Origin: Squalus acanthias
Lineage: Eukaryota
Reading direction: 5' to 3'
NCBI GenBank assembly: GCA_030390025.1
Contig: JASTWF010000034.1
Location: 806,001 to 870,000 of the forward strand
DNA length: 64,000 bases
Positions 13,312-26,105 of the stretch are shown here, piece after piece (the first letter of the stretch is position 1; each line of letters begins with the position of its first letter). Both the position numbers and the translations under genes were made by a program. Under the pieces are notes generated by a model. That model saw nothing but the letters and a program-made list of their open reading frames with translations, did no database searches and was not told where the DNA came from.

Positions 13312-14634
13312 ATTCGCTCGACGCAGGTTTTTAGGTTTCGATGTCCCACAGGGCTGTGTGTTAGCGAAATAAATTTCAGCATCCAGGATGTTTTGAAAGC
13401 GATAGCATGGCCCTCAAATAGCCCAGAGACCCGGACACCGCAACACCCGTGTTGGGAGGCCCAAATGGCTGCACAATGTCACAAGGACGCTCAGTATTAC
13501 ACCACCCACAATGGGACAGACACAGAATGAGACACAGAAAACCAGCAAGGGTATGTCAGGCCACACAAAGGGAAGGACAGAGAAAGACATTGAGGAAACT
13601 AGAGAGAGCGACACAAACAGACTGAATAAAATGAGGGACAGACAGAGACTGAGGGAAAGACCGAGACGGCGAGAGAAACAGAGAGGGAGATAGACAAATA
13701 GGGAAACGGAGAGTGAGATGAAGACAGAGACCTGCATGAAGGTGCTTTCTGCTGTGTAAAGGTATTCCCTGTTGTGTAAAGGCCAACAGCACCATCTGGT
13801 GGTGGAGAAGCGGCGCTGCTGGAATGCGTTGAGAGTTGGGGAAGGCCCAGGCTGCAACAAGTTTGCAGCATTTGCAACTTATGTTGATGCGAACAAAGTG
13901 ATTTTTAAGTTGTGTTGCAGCTTTTTGTGTTTATTGCAAGAAGGAAGTTGCTGGAAGTAAAGCCTAAAGTGTGATAAAAATACCTGCCGCATTGAGCCTG
14001 AAATTTACCACAATTATAAGTGGAGGGAACAATAGGGAATATTTGCCGTCCTAATCACAAGTTCTTCAGAATAATGGCATGAACAACACATCTGACTCTC
14101 ATCCTGAACACAGAGTCCAGCTCACCAAATCTTTATACAGAATGGATCTTCTCTTCCCGTTGTCTTAATGTAACTTTCACTGTCTGGATAGGTTAGATTG
14201 CAAAAACATATTCGTGTTATATAAATCGGATTGTAGCAGAGGAGCAGATGGGAGGTGCTGTTCAAACGGTAAGTTTGTAAGGGCGAACGGGGAAACGACG
14301 GCGAGATGGTGTTTGCGAGAGTGACAGCAATGGTGAGTGCGTTTGACAGATTGCAAGAAATGGAAGAAACAAATATGTGAAAGTGGTGTACATCTGAATA
14401 CGTGAGACGCAGCAGGTGTGGAGACGAGTGAGTGAACGGTCTGAATTCAGTTGGTTGGGTGACGGAGTTTGCCTGCCGTGTTCGGTTCCGAGGAAATTCT
14501 GCAAATCGTATCTGCCTTTCAATAACAACTGAAGGACAAAGGTGAAGAAGTGACATAATACTGAACAAAACAGGCCCACCTTCACGATTTTCTGCTGCTG
14601 ACGAAGCGACGAAATTTATGAATGCCGCAATATC

Positions 14635-14716
14635 TGGCAGCGGTGGGATTCGAACCCACGCCCCCGCAGAGACTGGAGCCTAAATCCAGCGCCTTAGACC
14701 GCTCGGCCACGCTACC
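14635..14716 (-). tRNA. tRNA-Leu-TAG: tRNA-Leu(UAG), copy 9
   Basis: Same sequence as copy 1. Confidence 0.97.
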
Positions 14717-15045
14717 ACATGAATCAGCTTGGCTTCTGAAACTAGAAACTGGTGATTGAAATGTGGCTTGGTCTTGTAAAAACATTGGGGAAACAAAAGG
14801 AAATTGAATTCGAAACGACAATCTCTTTTCTGATGCAACCCACTAGATCAGAAGAAGCTGCGTGTTCACAGGGCAACACGAATAAATAGATGTTTGTTGG
14901 GCCACCGCCATTGTATATTTAATTCATAATTTATACCTGTTGTGTATTGCAAGCAGGACGTTGGTGCAAGTAAAGTGTGATAAAATTATGATGTGATTGT
15001 GGGTAGCAACACTGTTTTTATTGTTGTTGAAAATAACAATGCAAA

Positions 15046-15117
15046 TAGCAGAGGATGGTTTCGATCCATCGACCTCTGGGTTATGGGCCCAGCACACTTC
15101 CGCTGCGCCACTCAGCA
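15046..15117 (-). pseudogene. tRNA-iMet-CAT: tRNA-iMet variant with 11-bp deletion and C23U
   Basis: Deletion junction present. Confidence 0.85.
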
Positions 15118-16459
15118 ATTCGCTCGACGCAGGTTTTTAGGTTTCGATGTCCCACAGGGCTGTGTGTTAGCGAAATAAATTTCAGCATCCAGGATGTTTT
15201 GAAAGCGATAGCATGGCCCTCAAATAGCCCAGAGACCCGGACACCGCAACACCCGTGTTGGGAGGCCCAAATGGCTGCACAATTTCACAAGGACGCTCAG
15301 TATTACACCACCCACAATGGGACAGACACAGAATGAGACACAGAAAACCAGCAAGGGTATGTCAGGCCACACAAAGGGAAGGACAGAGAAAGACACTGAG
15401 GAAACTAGAGAGAGCGACACAAACAGACTGAATAAAATGAGGGACAGACAGAGACTGAGGGAAAGACCGAGACGGCGAGAGAAACAGAGAGGGAGATCGA
15501 CAAATAGGGAAACGGAGAGTGAGATGAAGACAGAGACCTGCATGAAGGTGCTTTCTGCTGTGTAAAGGTATTCCCTGTTGTGTAAAGGCCAACAGCACCA
15601 TCTGGTGGTGGAGAAGCGGCGCTGCTGGAATGCGTTGAGAGTTGGGGAAGGCCCAGGCTGCAACAAGTTTGCAGCATTTGCAACTTATGTTGATGCGAAC
15701 AAAGTGATTTTTAAGTTGTGTTGCAGCTTTTTGTGTTTATTGCAAGAAGGAAGTTGCTGGAAGTAAAGCCTAAAGTGTGATAAAAATACCTGCCGCATTG
15801 AGCCTGAAATTTACCACAATTATAAGTGGAGGGAACAATAGGGAATATTTGCCGTCCTAATCACAAGTTCTTCAGAATAATGGCATGAACAACACATCTG
15901 ACTCTCATCCTGAACACAGAGTCCAGCTCACCAAATCTTTATACAGAATGGATCTTCTCTTCCCGTTGTCTTAATGTAACTTTCAACGTCTGGATAGGTT
16001 AGATTGCAAAAACATATTCGTGTTATATAAATCGGATTGTAGCAGAGGAGCAGATGGGAGGTGCTGTTCAAACGGTAAGTTTGTAAGGGCGAACGGGGAA
16101 ACGACGGCGAGATGGTGTTTGCGAGAGTGACAGCAATGGTGAGTGCGTTTGACAGATTGCAAGAAATGGAAGAAACAAATATGTGAAAGTGGTGTACATC
16201 TGAATACGTGAGACGCAGCAGGTGTGGAGACGAGTGAGTGAACGGTCTGAATCCAGTTGGTTGGGTGACAGTGTTTGCCGTGTTCGGTGCTGGGTTCAGG
16301 CCAATTATGGAACCGTGGAAATTCTGCAAATCGTGTCTGCCTGTCAATAACAGCTGAAGGACAAAGGTGAAGAAGTGACATAATACTGAACAAAACAGGC
16401 CCACCTGCACGATTTTCTGCTGCTGACGAAGCGACGAAATTTATGAATGCCGCAATATC

Positions 16460-16541
16460 TGGCAGCGGTGGGATTCGAACCCACGCCCCCGCAGAGACTG
16501 GAGCCTAAATCCAGCGCCTTAGACCGCTCGGCCACGCTACC
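16460..16541 (-). tRNA. tRNA-Leu-TAG: tRNA-Leu(UAG), copy 10
   Basis: Same sequence as copy 1. Confidence 0.97.
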
Positions 16542-16871
16542 ACATGAAGCAGCTTGGCTTCTGAAACTAGAAACTGGTGATTGAAATGTGGCTTGGTCTT
16601 GTAAAAACAGAGGGGAAACAAAAGGAAATTGAATTCGTGAACGACAATCTCTTTTCTGATGCAACCCACTAGATCAGAAGAAGCTGCGTGTTCACAGGGC
16701 AACACTAATAAATAAATGTTTGTTGGGCCACCGCCATTGTATATTTAATTCATAATTTATACCTGTTGTGTATTGCAAGCAGGACGTTGGTGCAAGTAAA
16801 GTGTGATAAAATTATGATGTGATTGTGGGTAGCAATACTGTTTTTATTGTTGTTGAAAATAACAATGCAAA

Positions 16872-16943
16872 TAGCAGAGGATGGTTTCGATCCATCGACC
16901 TCTGGGTTATGGGCCCAGCACGCTTCCGCTGCGCCACTCTGCT
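16872..16943 (-). tRNA. tRNA-iMet-CAT: Intact initiator tRNA-Met(CAU)
   Basis: Reverse complement AGCAGAGTGGCGCAGCGGAAGCGTGCTGGGCCCATAACCCAGAGGTCGATGGATCGAAACCATCCTCTGCTA: A1:U72, three G:C anticodon-stem pairs, AUCG T-loop; TTTT ~12 nt downstream; TAAAAA at -28 to -33. Confidence 0.97.
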
Positions 16944-18296
16944 GTCGGTTAGCAATTGGCTCGGCGCAGGTTTTTAGGTTTCGATGTCCCACAGGGCTGT
17001 GTGTTAGCGAAATAAATTTCAGCATCCAGGATGTTTTGAAAGCGATAGCATGGCCCTCAAATAGCCCAGAGACCCGGACACCGCAACACCCGTGTTGGGA
17101 GGCTCAAATGGCTGCACAATGTCACAAGGACGCTCAGTATTACACCACCCACAATGGGACAGACACAGAATGAGACACAGAAAACCAGCAAGGGTATGTC
17201 AGGCCACACAAAGGGAAGGACAGAGAAAGACATTGAGGAAACTAGAGAGAGCGACACAAACAGACTGAATAAAATGAGGGACAGACAGAGACTGAGGGAA
17301 AGACCGAGACGGCGAGAGAAACAGAGAGGGAGATAGACAAACAGGGAAACGGAGAGTGAAATGAAGAGAGAGACCTGCATGAAGGTGCTTTCTGCTGTGT
17401 AAAGTTATTCCCTGTTGTGTAAAGGCCAACAGCACCATCTGGTGGTGGAGAAGCGGCGCTGCTGGAATGCGTTGAGAGTTGGGGAAGGCCCAGGCTGCAA
17501 CAAGTTTGCAGCATTTGCAACTTATGTTGGTGCGAACAAAGTGATTTTTAAGTTGTGTTGCAGCTTTTTGTGTTTATTGCAAGAAGGAAGTTGCTGGAAG
17601 TAAAGCCTAAAGTGTGATAAAAATACCTGCCGCATTGAGCCTGAAATTTACCACAATTATAAGTGGAGGGAACAATAGGGAATATTTGCCGTCCTAATCA
17701 CAAGTTCTTCAGAATAATGGCATGAAAAACACATCTGACTCTCATCCTGAACACAGAGTCCAGCTCACCAAATGTTTATACAGAATGGATCTTCTCTTCC
17801 CGTTGTCTTAATGTAACTTTCACTGTCTGGATAGGTTAGATTGAAAAAACATATTCGTGTTATATAAATCGGATTGTAGCAGAGGAGCAGATGGGAGGTG
17901 CTGTTCAAACGGTAAGTTTGTAAGGGCGAACGGGGAAACGACGGCGAGATGGTGTTTGCGAGAGTGACAGCAATGGTGAGCGTGTTTGACAGATTGCAAG
18001 AAATGGAAGAAACAAATATGTGAAAGTGGTGTACATCTGAATACGTGAGACGCAGCAGGTGTGGAGACGAGTGAGTGAACGGTCTGAATTCAGTTGGTTG
18101 GGTGACGGTGTTTGCCGTGTTCGGTGCTGGGTTCAGGCCAATTATGGAACCGTGGAAATTCTGCAAATCGTATCTGCCTGTCAATAACAACTGAAGGACA
18201 AAGGTGAAGAAGTGACATAATACTGAACAAAACAGGCCCACCTGCACGATTTTCTGCTGCTGACGAAGCGACGAAATTTATGAATGCCGCAATATC

Positions 18297-18378
18297 TGGC
18301 AGCGGTGGGATTCGAACCCACGCCCCCGCAGAGACTGGAGCCTAAATCCAGCGCCTTAGACCGCTCGGCCACGCTACC
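18297..18378 (-). tRNA. tRNA-Leu-TAG: tRNA-Leu(UAG), copy 11
   Basis: Same sequence as copy 1. Confidence 0.97.
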
Positions 18379-18708
18379 ACATGAAGCAGCTTGGCTTCTG
18401 AAACTAGAAACTGGTGATTGAAATGTGGCTTGGTCTTGTAAAAACATTGGGGAAACAAAAGGAAATTGAATTCGTGAACGCCAATCTCTTTTCTGATGCA
18501 ACCCACTAGATCAGAAGAAGCTGCGTGTTCACAGGGCAACACTAATAAATAGATGTTTGTTGGGCCACCGCCATTGTATATTTAATTCATAATTTATACC
18601 TGTTGTGTATTGCAAGCAGGACGTTGGTGCAAGTAAAGTGTGATAAAATTATGATGTGATTGTGGGTAGCAACACTGTTTTTATTGTTGTTGAAAATAAC
18701 AATGCAAA

Positions 18709-18781
18709 TAGCAGAGGATGGTTTCGATCCATCGACCTCTGGGTTATGGGCCCAGCACAGCTTCCGCTGCGCCACTCTGTC
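18709..18781 (-). pseudogene. tRNA-iMet-CAT: tRNA-iMet, chimeric or aberrant copy (possible consensus artefact)
   Basis: Carries both alleles in tandem (cagcacAGcttcc) and a partial version of the 11-bp segment (ctc-tgtcg-agca). Confidence 0.6.
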
Positions 18782-20116
18782 GAGCAATTCGCTCGACGCA
18801 GGTTTTTAGGTTTCGATGTCCCACAGGGCTGTGTGTTAGCGAAATAAATTTCAGCATCAGGATGTTTTGAAAGCGATAGCATGGCCCTCAAATAGCCCAG
18901 AGACCCGGACACCGCAACACCCGTGTTGGGAGGCCTCAAATGGCTGCACAATGTCACAAGGACGCTCAGTATTACACCACCCACAATGGGACAGACACAG
19001 AATGAGACACAGAAAACCAGCAAGGGTATGTCAGGCCACACAAAGGGAAGGACAGAGAAAGACACTGAGGAAACTAGAGAGAGCGACACAAACAGACTGA
19101 ATAAAATGAGGGACAGACAGAGACTGAGGGAAAGACCGAGACGGCGAGAGAAACAGAGAGGGAGATAGACAAATAGGGAAACGGAGAGTGAGATGAAGAC
19201 AGAGACCTGCATGAAGGTGCTTTCTGCTGTGTAAAGGTATTCCCTGTTGTGTAAAGGCCAACAGCACCATCTGGTGGTGGAGAAGCGGCGCTGCTGGAAT
19301 GCGTTGAGAGTTGGGGAAGGCCCAGGCTGCAACAAGTTTGCAGCATTTGCAACTTATGTTGGTGCGAACAAAGTGATTTTTAAGTTGTGTTGCAGCTTTT
19401 TGTGTTTATTGCAAGAAGGAAGTTGCTGGAAGTAAAGCCTAAAGTGTGATAAAAATACCTGCCGCATTGAGCCTGAAATTTACCACAATTATAAGTGGAG
19501 GGAACAATAGGGAATATTTGCCGTCCTAATCACAAGTTCTTCAGAATAATGGCATGAAAAACACATCTGACTCTCATCCTGAACACAGAGTCCAGCTCAC
19601 CAAATGTTTATACAGAATGGATCTTCTCTTCCCGTTGTCTTAATGTAACTTTCACTGTCTGGATAGGTTAGATTGCAAAAACATATTCGTGTTATATAAA
19701 TCGGATTGTAGCAGAGGAGCAGATGGGAGGTGCTGTTCAAACGGTAAGTTTGTAAGGGCGAACGGGGAAACGACGGCGAGATGGTGTTTGCGAGAGTGAC
19801 AGCAATGGTGAGCGCGTTTGACAGATTGCAAGAAATGGAAGAAACAAATATGTGAAAGTGGTGTACATCTGAATACGTGAGACGCAGCAGGTGTGGAGAC
19901 GAGTGAGTGAACGGTCTGAATTCAGTTGGTTGGGTGACGGTGTTTGCCGGGTTCAGGCCAATTATGGAACCGAGGAAATTCTGCAAATCGTTTCTGCCTG
20001 TCAATAACAACTGAAGGACAAAGGTGAAGAAGTGACATAATACTGAACAAAACAGGCCCACCTTCACGATTTTCTGCTGCTGACGAAGCGACGAAATTTA
20101 TGAATGCCGCAATATC

Positions 20117-20198
20117 TGGCAGCGGTGGGATTCGAACCCACGCCCCCGCAGAGACTGGAGCCTAAATCCAGCGCCTTAGACCGCTCGGCCACGCTACC
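20117..20198 (-). tRNA. tRNA-Leu-TAG: tRNA-Leu(UAG), copy 12
   Basis: Same sequence as copy 1. Confidence 0.97.
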
Positions 20199-20527
20199 AC
20201 ATGAATCAGCTTGGCTTCTGAAACTAGAAACTGGTGATTGAAATGTGGCTTGGTCTTGTAAAAACATTGGGGAAACAAAAGGAAATTGAATTCGAAAACG
20301 ACAATCTCTTTTCTGATGCAACCCACTAGATCAGAAGAAGCTGCGTGTTCACAGGGCAACACGAATAAATAGATGTTTGTTGGCCACCGCCATTGTATAT
20401 TTAATTCATAATTTATACCTGTTGTGTATTGCAAGCAGGACGTTGGTGCAAGTAAAGTGTGATAAAATTATGATGTGATTGTGGGTAGCAACACTGTTTT
20501 TATTGTTGTTGAAAATAACAATGCAAA

Positions 20528-20599
20528 TAGCAGAGGATGGTTTCGATCCATCGACCTCTGGGTTATGGGCCCAGCACGCTTCCGCTGCGCCACTCTGCT
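20528..20599 (-). tRNA. tRNA-iMet-CAT: Intact initiator tRNA-Met(CAU)
   Basis: Full 72-nt canonical sequence. Confidence 0.97.
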
Positions 20600-21950
20600 G
20601 TCGGTTAGCAATTCGCTCGACGCAGGTTTTTAGGTTTCGATGTCCCACAGGGCTGTGTGTTAGCGAAATAAATTTCAGCATCCAGGATGTTTTGAAAGCG
20701 ATAGCATGGCCCTCAAATAGCCCAGAGACCCGGACACCGCAACACCCGTGTTGGGAGGCTCAAATGGCTGCACAATGTCACAAGGACGCTCAGTATTACA
20801 CCACCCACAATGGGACAGACACAGAATGAGACACAGAAAACCAGCAAGGGTATGTCAGGCCACACAAAGGGAAGGACAGAGAAAGACACTGAGGAAACTA
20901 GAGAGAGCGACACAAACAGACTGAATAAAATGAGGGACAGACAGAGACTGAGGGAAAGACCGAGACGGCGAGAGAAACAGAGAGGGAGATAGACAAACAG
21001 GGAAACGGAGAGTGAAATGAAGAGAGAGACCTGCATGAAGGTGCTTTCTGCTGTGTAAAGTTATTCCCTGTTGTGTAAAGGCCAACAGCACCATCTGGTG
21101 GTGGAGAAGCGGCGCTGCTGGAATGCGTTGAGAGTTGGGGAAGGCCCAGGCTGCAACAAGTTTGCAGCATTTGCAACTTATGTTGGTGCGAACAAAGTGA
21201 TTTTTAAGTTGTGTTGCAGCTTTTTGTGTTTATTGCAAGAAGGAAGTTGCTGGAAGTAAAGCCTAAAGTGTGATAAAAATACCTGCCGCATTGAGCCTGA
21301 AATTTACCACAATTATAAGTGGAGGGAACAATAGGGAATATTTGCCGTCCTAATCACAAGTTCTTCAGAATAATGGCATGAAAAACACATCTGACTCTCA
21401 TCCTGAACACAGAGTCCAGCTCACCAAATGTTTATACAGAATGGATCTTCTCTTCCCGTTGTCTTAATGTAACTTTCACTGTCTGGATAGGTTAGATTGA
21501 AAAAACATATTCGTGTTATATAAATCGGATTGTAGCAGAGGAGCAGATGGGAGGTGCTGTTCAAACGGTAAGTTTGTAAGGGCGAACGGGGAAACGACGG
21601 CGAGATGGTGTTTGCGAGAGTGACAGCAATGGTGAGCGCGTTTGACAGATTGCAAGAAATGGAAGAAACAAATATGTGAAAGTGGTGTACATCTGAATAC
21701 GTGAGACGCAGCAGGTGTGGAGACGAGTGAGTGAACGGTCTGAATCCAGTTGGTTGGGTGACAGTGTTTGCCGTGTTCGGTGCTGGGTTTAGGCCAATTA
21801 TGGAACCGTGGAAATTCTGCAAATTGTATCTGCCTGTCAATAAACTGAAGGACAAAGGTGAAGAAGTGACATAATACTGAACAAAACAGGCCCACCTGCA
21901 CGATTTTCTGCTGCTGACGAAGCGACGAAATTTATGAATGCCGCAATATC

Positions 21951-22031
21951 TGGCAGCGGTGGATTCGAACCCACGCCCCCGCAGAGACTGGAGCCTAAAT
22001 CCAGCGCCTTAGACCGCTCGGCCACGCTACC
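21951..22031 (-). tRNA. tRNA-Leu-TAG: tRNA-Leu(UAG), copy 13, 1-nt T-stem deletion
   Basis: ggtggattc instead of ggtgggattc; may be a homopolymer sequencing error. Confidence 0.8.
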
Positions 22032-22361
22032 ACATGAAGCAGCTTGGCTTCTGAAACTAGAAACTGGTGATTGAAATGTGGCTTGGTCTTGTAAAAACAG
22101 AGGGGAAACAAAAGGAAATTGAATTCGTGAACGACAATCTCTTTTCTGATGCAACCCACTAGATCAGAAGAAGCTGCGTGTTCACAGGGCAACACTAATA
22201 AATAGATGTTTGTTGGGCCACCGCCATTGTATATTTAATTCATAATTTATACCTGTTGTGTATTGCAAGCAGGACGTTGGTGCAAGTAAAGTGTGATAAA
22301 ATTATGATGTGATTGTGGGTAGCAATACTGTTTTTATTGTTGTTGAAAATAACAATGCAAA

Positions 22362-22433
22362 TAGCAGAGGATGGTTTCGATCCATCGACCTCTGGGTTAT
22401 GGGCCCAGCACGCTTCCGCTGCGCCACTCTGCT
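22362..22433 (-). tRNA. tRNA-iMet-CAT: Intact initiator tRNA-Met(CAU)
   Basis: Full 72-nt canonical sequence. Confidence 0.97.
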
Positions 22434-23785
22434 GTCGGTTAGCAATTCGCTCGACGCAGGTTTTAGGTTTCGATGTCCCACAGGGCTGTGTGTTAGCGAA
22501 ATAAATTTCAGCATCCAGGATGTTTTGAAAGCGATAGCATGGCCCTCAAATAGCCCAGAGACCCGGACACCGCAACACCCGTGTTGGGAGGCTCAAATGG
22601 CTGCACAATGTCACAAGGACGCTCAGTATTACACCACCCACAATGGGACAGACACAGAATGAGACACAGAAAACCAGCAAGGGTATGTCAGGCCACACAA
22701 AGGGAAGGACAGAGAAAGACATTGAGGAAACTAGAGAGAGCGACACAAACAGACTGAATAAAATGAGGGACAGACAGAGACTGAGGGAAAGACCGAGACG
22801 GCGAGAGAAACAGAGAGGGAGATAGACAAACAGGGAAACGGAGAGTGAAATGAAGAGAGAGACCTGCATGAAGGTGCTTTCTGCTGTGTAAAGTTATTCC
22901 CTGTTGTGTAAAGGCCAACAGCACCATCTGGTGGTGGAGAAGCGGCGCTGCTGGAATGCGTTGAGAGTTGGGGAAGGCCCAGGCTGCAACAAGTTTGCAG
23001 CATTTGCAACTTATGTTGGTGCGAACAAAGTGATTTTTAAGTTGTGTTGCAGCTTTTTGTGTTTATTGCAAGAAGGAAGTTGCTGGAAGTAAAGCCTAAA
23101 GTGTGATAAAAATACCTGCCGCATTGAGCCTGAAATTTACCACAATTATAAGTGGAGGGAACAATAGGGAATATTTGCCGTCCTAATCACAAGTTCTTCA
23201 GAATAATGGCATGAAAAACACATCTGACTCTCATCCTGAACACAGAGTCCAGCTCACCAAATGTTTATACAGAATGGATCTTCTCTTCCCGTTGTCTTAA
23301 TGTAACTTTCACTGTCTGGATAGGTTAGATTGAAAAAACATATTCGTGTTATATAAATCGGATTGTAGCAGAGGAGCAGATGGGAGGTGCTGTTCAAACG
23401 GTAAGTTTGTAAGGGCGAACGGGGAAACGACGGCGAGATGGTGTTTGCGAGAGTGACAGCAATGGTGAGCGCGTTTGACAGATTGCAAGAAATGGAAGAA
23501 ACAAATATGTGAAAGTGGTGTACATCTGAATACGTGAGACGCAGCAGGTGTGGAGACGAGTGAGTGAACGGTCTGAATTCAGTTGGTTGGGTGACGGTGT
23601 TTGCCGTGTTCGGTGCTGGGTTCAGGCCAATTATGGAACCGTGGAAATTCTGCAAATCGTATCTGCCTGTCAATAACAACTGAAGGACAAAGGTGAAGAA
23701 GTGACATAATACTGAACAAAACAGGCCCACCTGCACGATTTTCTGCTGCTGACGAAGCGACGAAATTTATGAATGCCGCAATATC

Positions 23786-23867
23786 TGGCAGCGGTGGGAT
23801 TCGAACCCACGCCCCCGCAGAGACTGGAGCCTAAATCCAGCGCCTTAGACCGCTCGGCCACGCTACC
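23786..23867 (-). tRNA. tRNA-Leu-TAG: tRNA-Leu(UAG), copy 14
   Basis: Same sequence as copy 1. Confidence 0.97.
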
Positions 23868-24197
23868 ACATGAAGCAGCTTGGCTTCTGAAACTAGAAAC
23901 TGGTGATTGAAATGTGGCTTGGTCTTGTAAAAACATAGGGGAAACAAAAGGAAATTGAATTCGTGAACGACAATCTCTTTTCTGATGCAACCCACTAGAT
24001 CAGAAGAAGCTGCGTGTTCACAGGGCAACACTAATAAATAGATGTTTGTTGGGCCACCGCCATTGTATATTTAATTCATAATTTATACCTGTTGTGTATT
24101 GCAAGCAGGACGTTGGTGCAAGTAAAGTGTGATAAAATTATGATGTGATTGTGGGTAGCAATACTGTTTTTATTGTTGTTGAAAATAACAATGCAAA

Positions 24198-24269
24198 TAG
24201 CAGAGGATGGTTTCGATCCATCGACCTCTGGGTTATGGGCCCAGCACGCTTCCGCTGCGCCACTCTGCT
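24198..24269 (-). tRNA. tRNA-iMet-CAT: Intact initiator tRNA-Met(CAU)
   Basis: Full 72-nt canonical sequence. Confidence 0.97.
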
Positions 24270-25622
24270 GTCGGTTAGCAATTCGCTCGACGCAGGTTTT
24301 TAGGTTTCGATGTCCCACAGGGCTGTGTGTTAGCGAAATAAATTTCAGCATCCAGGATGTTTTGAAAGCGATAGCATGGCCCTCAAATAGCCCAGAGACC
24401 CGGACACCGCAACACCCGTGTTGGGAGGCTCAAATGGCTGCACAATGTCACAAGGACGCTCAGTATTACACCACCCACAATGGGACAGACACAGAATGAG
24501 ACACAGAAAACCAGCAAGGGTATGTCAGGCCACACAAAGGGAAGGACAGAGAAAGACACTGAGGAAACTAGAGAGAGCGACACAAACAGACTGAATAAAA
24601 TGAGGGACAGACAGAGACTGAGGGAAAGACCGAGACGGCGAGAGAAACAGAGAGGGAGATAGACAAATAGGGAAACGGAGAGTGAGATGAAGACAGAGAC
24701 CTGCATGAAGGTGCTTTCTGCTGTGTAAAGTTATTCCCTGTTGTGTAAAGGCCAACAGCACCATCTGGTGGTGGAGAAGCGGCGCTGCTGGAATGCGTTG
24801 AGAGTTGGGGAAGGCCCAGGCTGCAACAAGTTTGCAGCATTTGCAACTTATGTTGGTGCGAACAAAGTGATTTTTAAGTTGTGTTGCAGCTTTTTGTGTT
24901 TATTGCAAGAAGGAAGTTGCTGGAAGTAAAGCCTAAAGTGTGATAAAAATACCTGCCGCATTGAGCCTGAAATTTACCACAATTATAAGTGGAGGGAACA
25001 ATAGGGAATATTTGCCGTCCTAATCACAAGTTCTTCAGAATAATGGCATGAAAAACACATCTGACTCTCATCCTGAACACAGAGTCCAGCTCACCAAATC
25101 TTTATACAGAATGGATCTTCTCTTCCCGTTGTCTTAATGTAACTTTCACTGTCTGGATAGGTTAGATTGAAAAAACATATTCGTGTTATATAAATCGGAT
25201 TGTAGCAGAGGAGCAGATGGGAGGTGCTGTTCAAACGGTAAGTTTGTAAGGGCGAACGGGGAAACGACGGCGAGATGGTGTTTGCGAGAGTGACAGCAAT
25301 GGTGAGCGCGTTTGACAGATTGCAAGAAATGGAAGAAACAAATATGTGAAAGTGGTGTACATCTGAATACGTGAGACGCAGCAGGTGTGGAGACGAGTGA
25401 GTGAACGGTCTGAATTCAGTTGGTTGGGTGACGGTGTTTGCCGTGTTCGGTGCTGGGTTCAGGCCAATTATGGAACCGAGGAAATTCTGCAAATCGTATC
25501 TGCCTGTCAATAACAACTGAAGGACAAAGGTGAAGAAGTGACATAATACTGAACAAAACAGGCCCACCTGCACGATTTTCTGCTGCTGACGAAGCGACGA
25601 AATTTATGAATGCCGCAATATC

Positions 25623-25703
25623 TGGCAGCGTGGGATTCGAACCCACGCCCCCGCAGAGACTGGAGCCTAAATCCAGCGCCTTAGACCGCTCGGCCACGCT
25701 ACC
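25623..25703 (-). tRNA. tRNA-Leu-TAG: tRNA-Leu(UAG), copy 15, 1-nt deletion
   Basis: gcagcgtggg instead of gcagcggtggg; may be a sequencing error. Confidence 0.8.
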
Positions 25704-26033
25704 ACATGAAGCAGCTTGGCTTCTGAAACTAGAAACTGGTGATTGAAATGTGGCTTGGTCTTGTAAAAACATAGGGGAAACAAAAGGAAATTGAATTCGT
25801 GAACGACAATCTCTTTTCTGATGCAACCCACTAGATCAGAAGAAGCTGCGTGTTCACAGGGCAACACTAATAAATAGATGTTTGTTGGGCCACCGCCATT
25901 GTATATTTAATTCATAATTTATACCTGTTGTGTATTGCAAGCAGGACGTTGGTGCAAGTAAAGTGTGATAAAATTATGATGTGATTGTGGGTAGCAATAC
26001 TGTTTTTATTGTTGTTGAAAATAACAATGCAAA

Positions 26034-26105
26034 TAGCAGAGGATGGTTTCGATCCATCGACCTCTGGGTTATGGGCCCAGCACGCTTCCGCTGCGCCACT
26101 CTGCT
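26034..26105 (-). tRNA. tRNA-iMet-CAT: Intact initiator tRNA-Met(CAU)
   Basis: Full 72-nt canonical sequence. Confidence 0.97.

Noticed and set aside
21951..25703. tRNA-Leu copies 13 and 15 as true pseudogenes
   Set aside because: Single-G losses in short runs, in a region with other isolated 1-2 nt deletions; likely sequencing error
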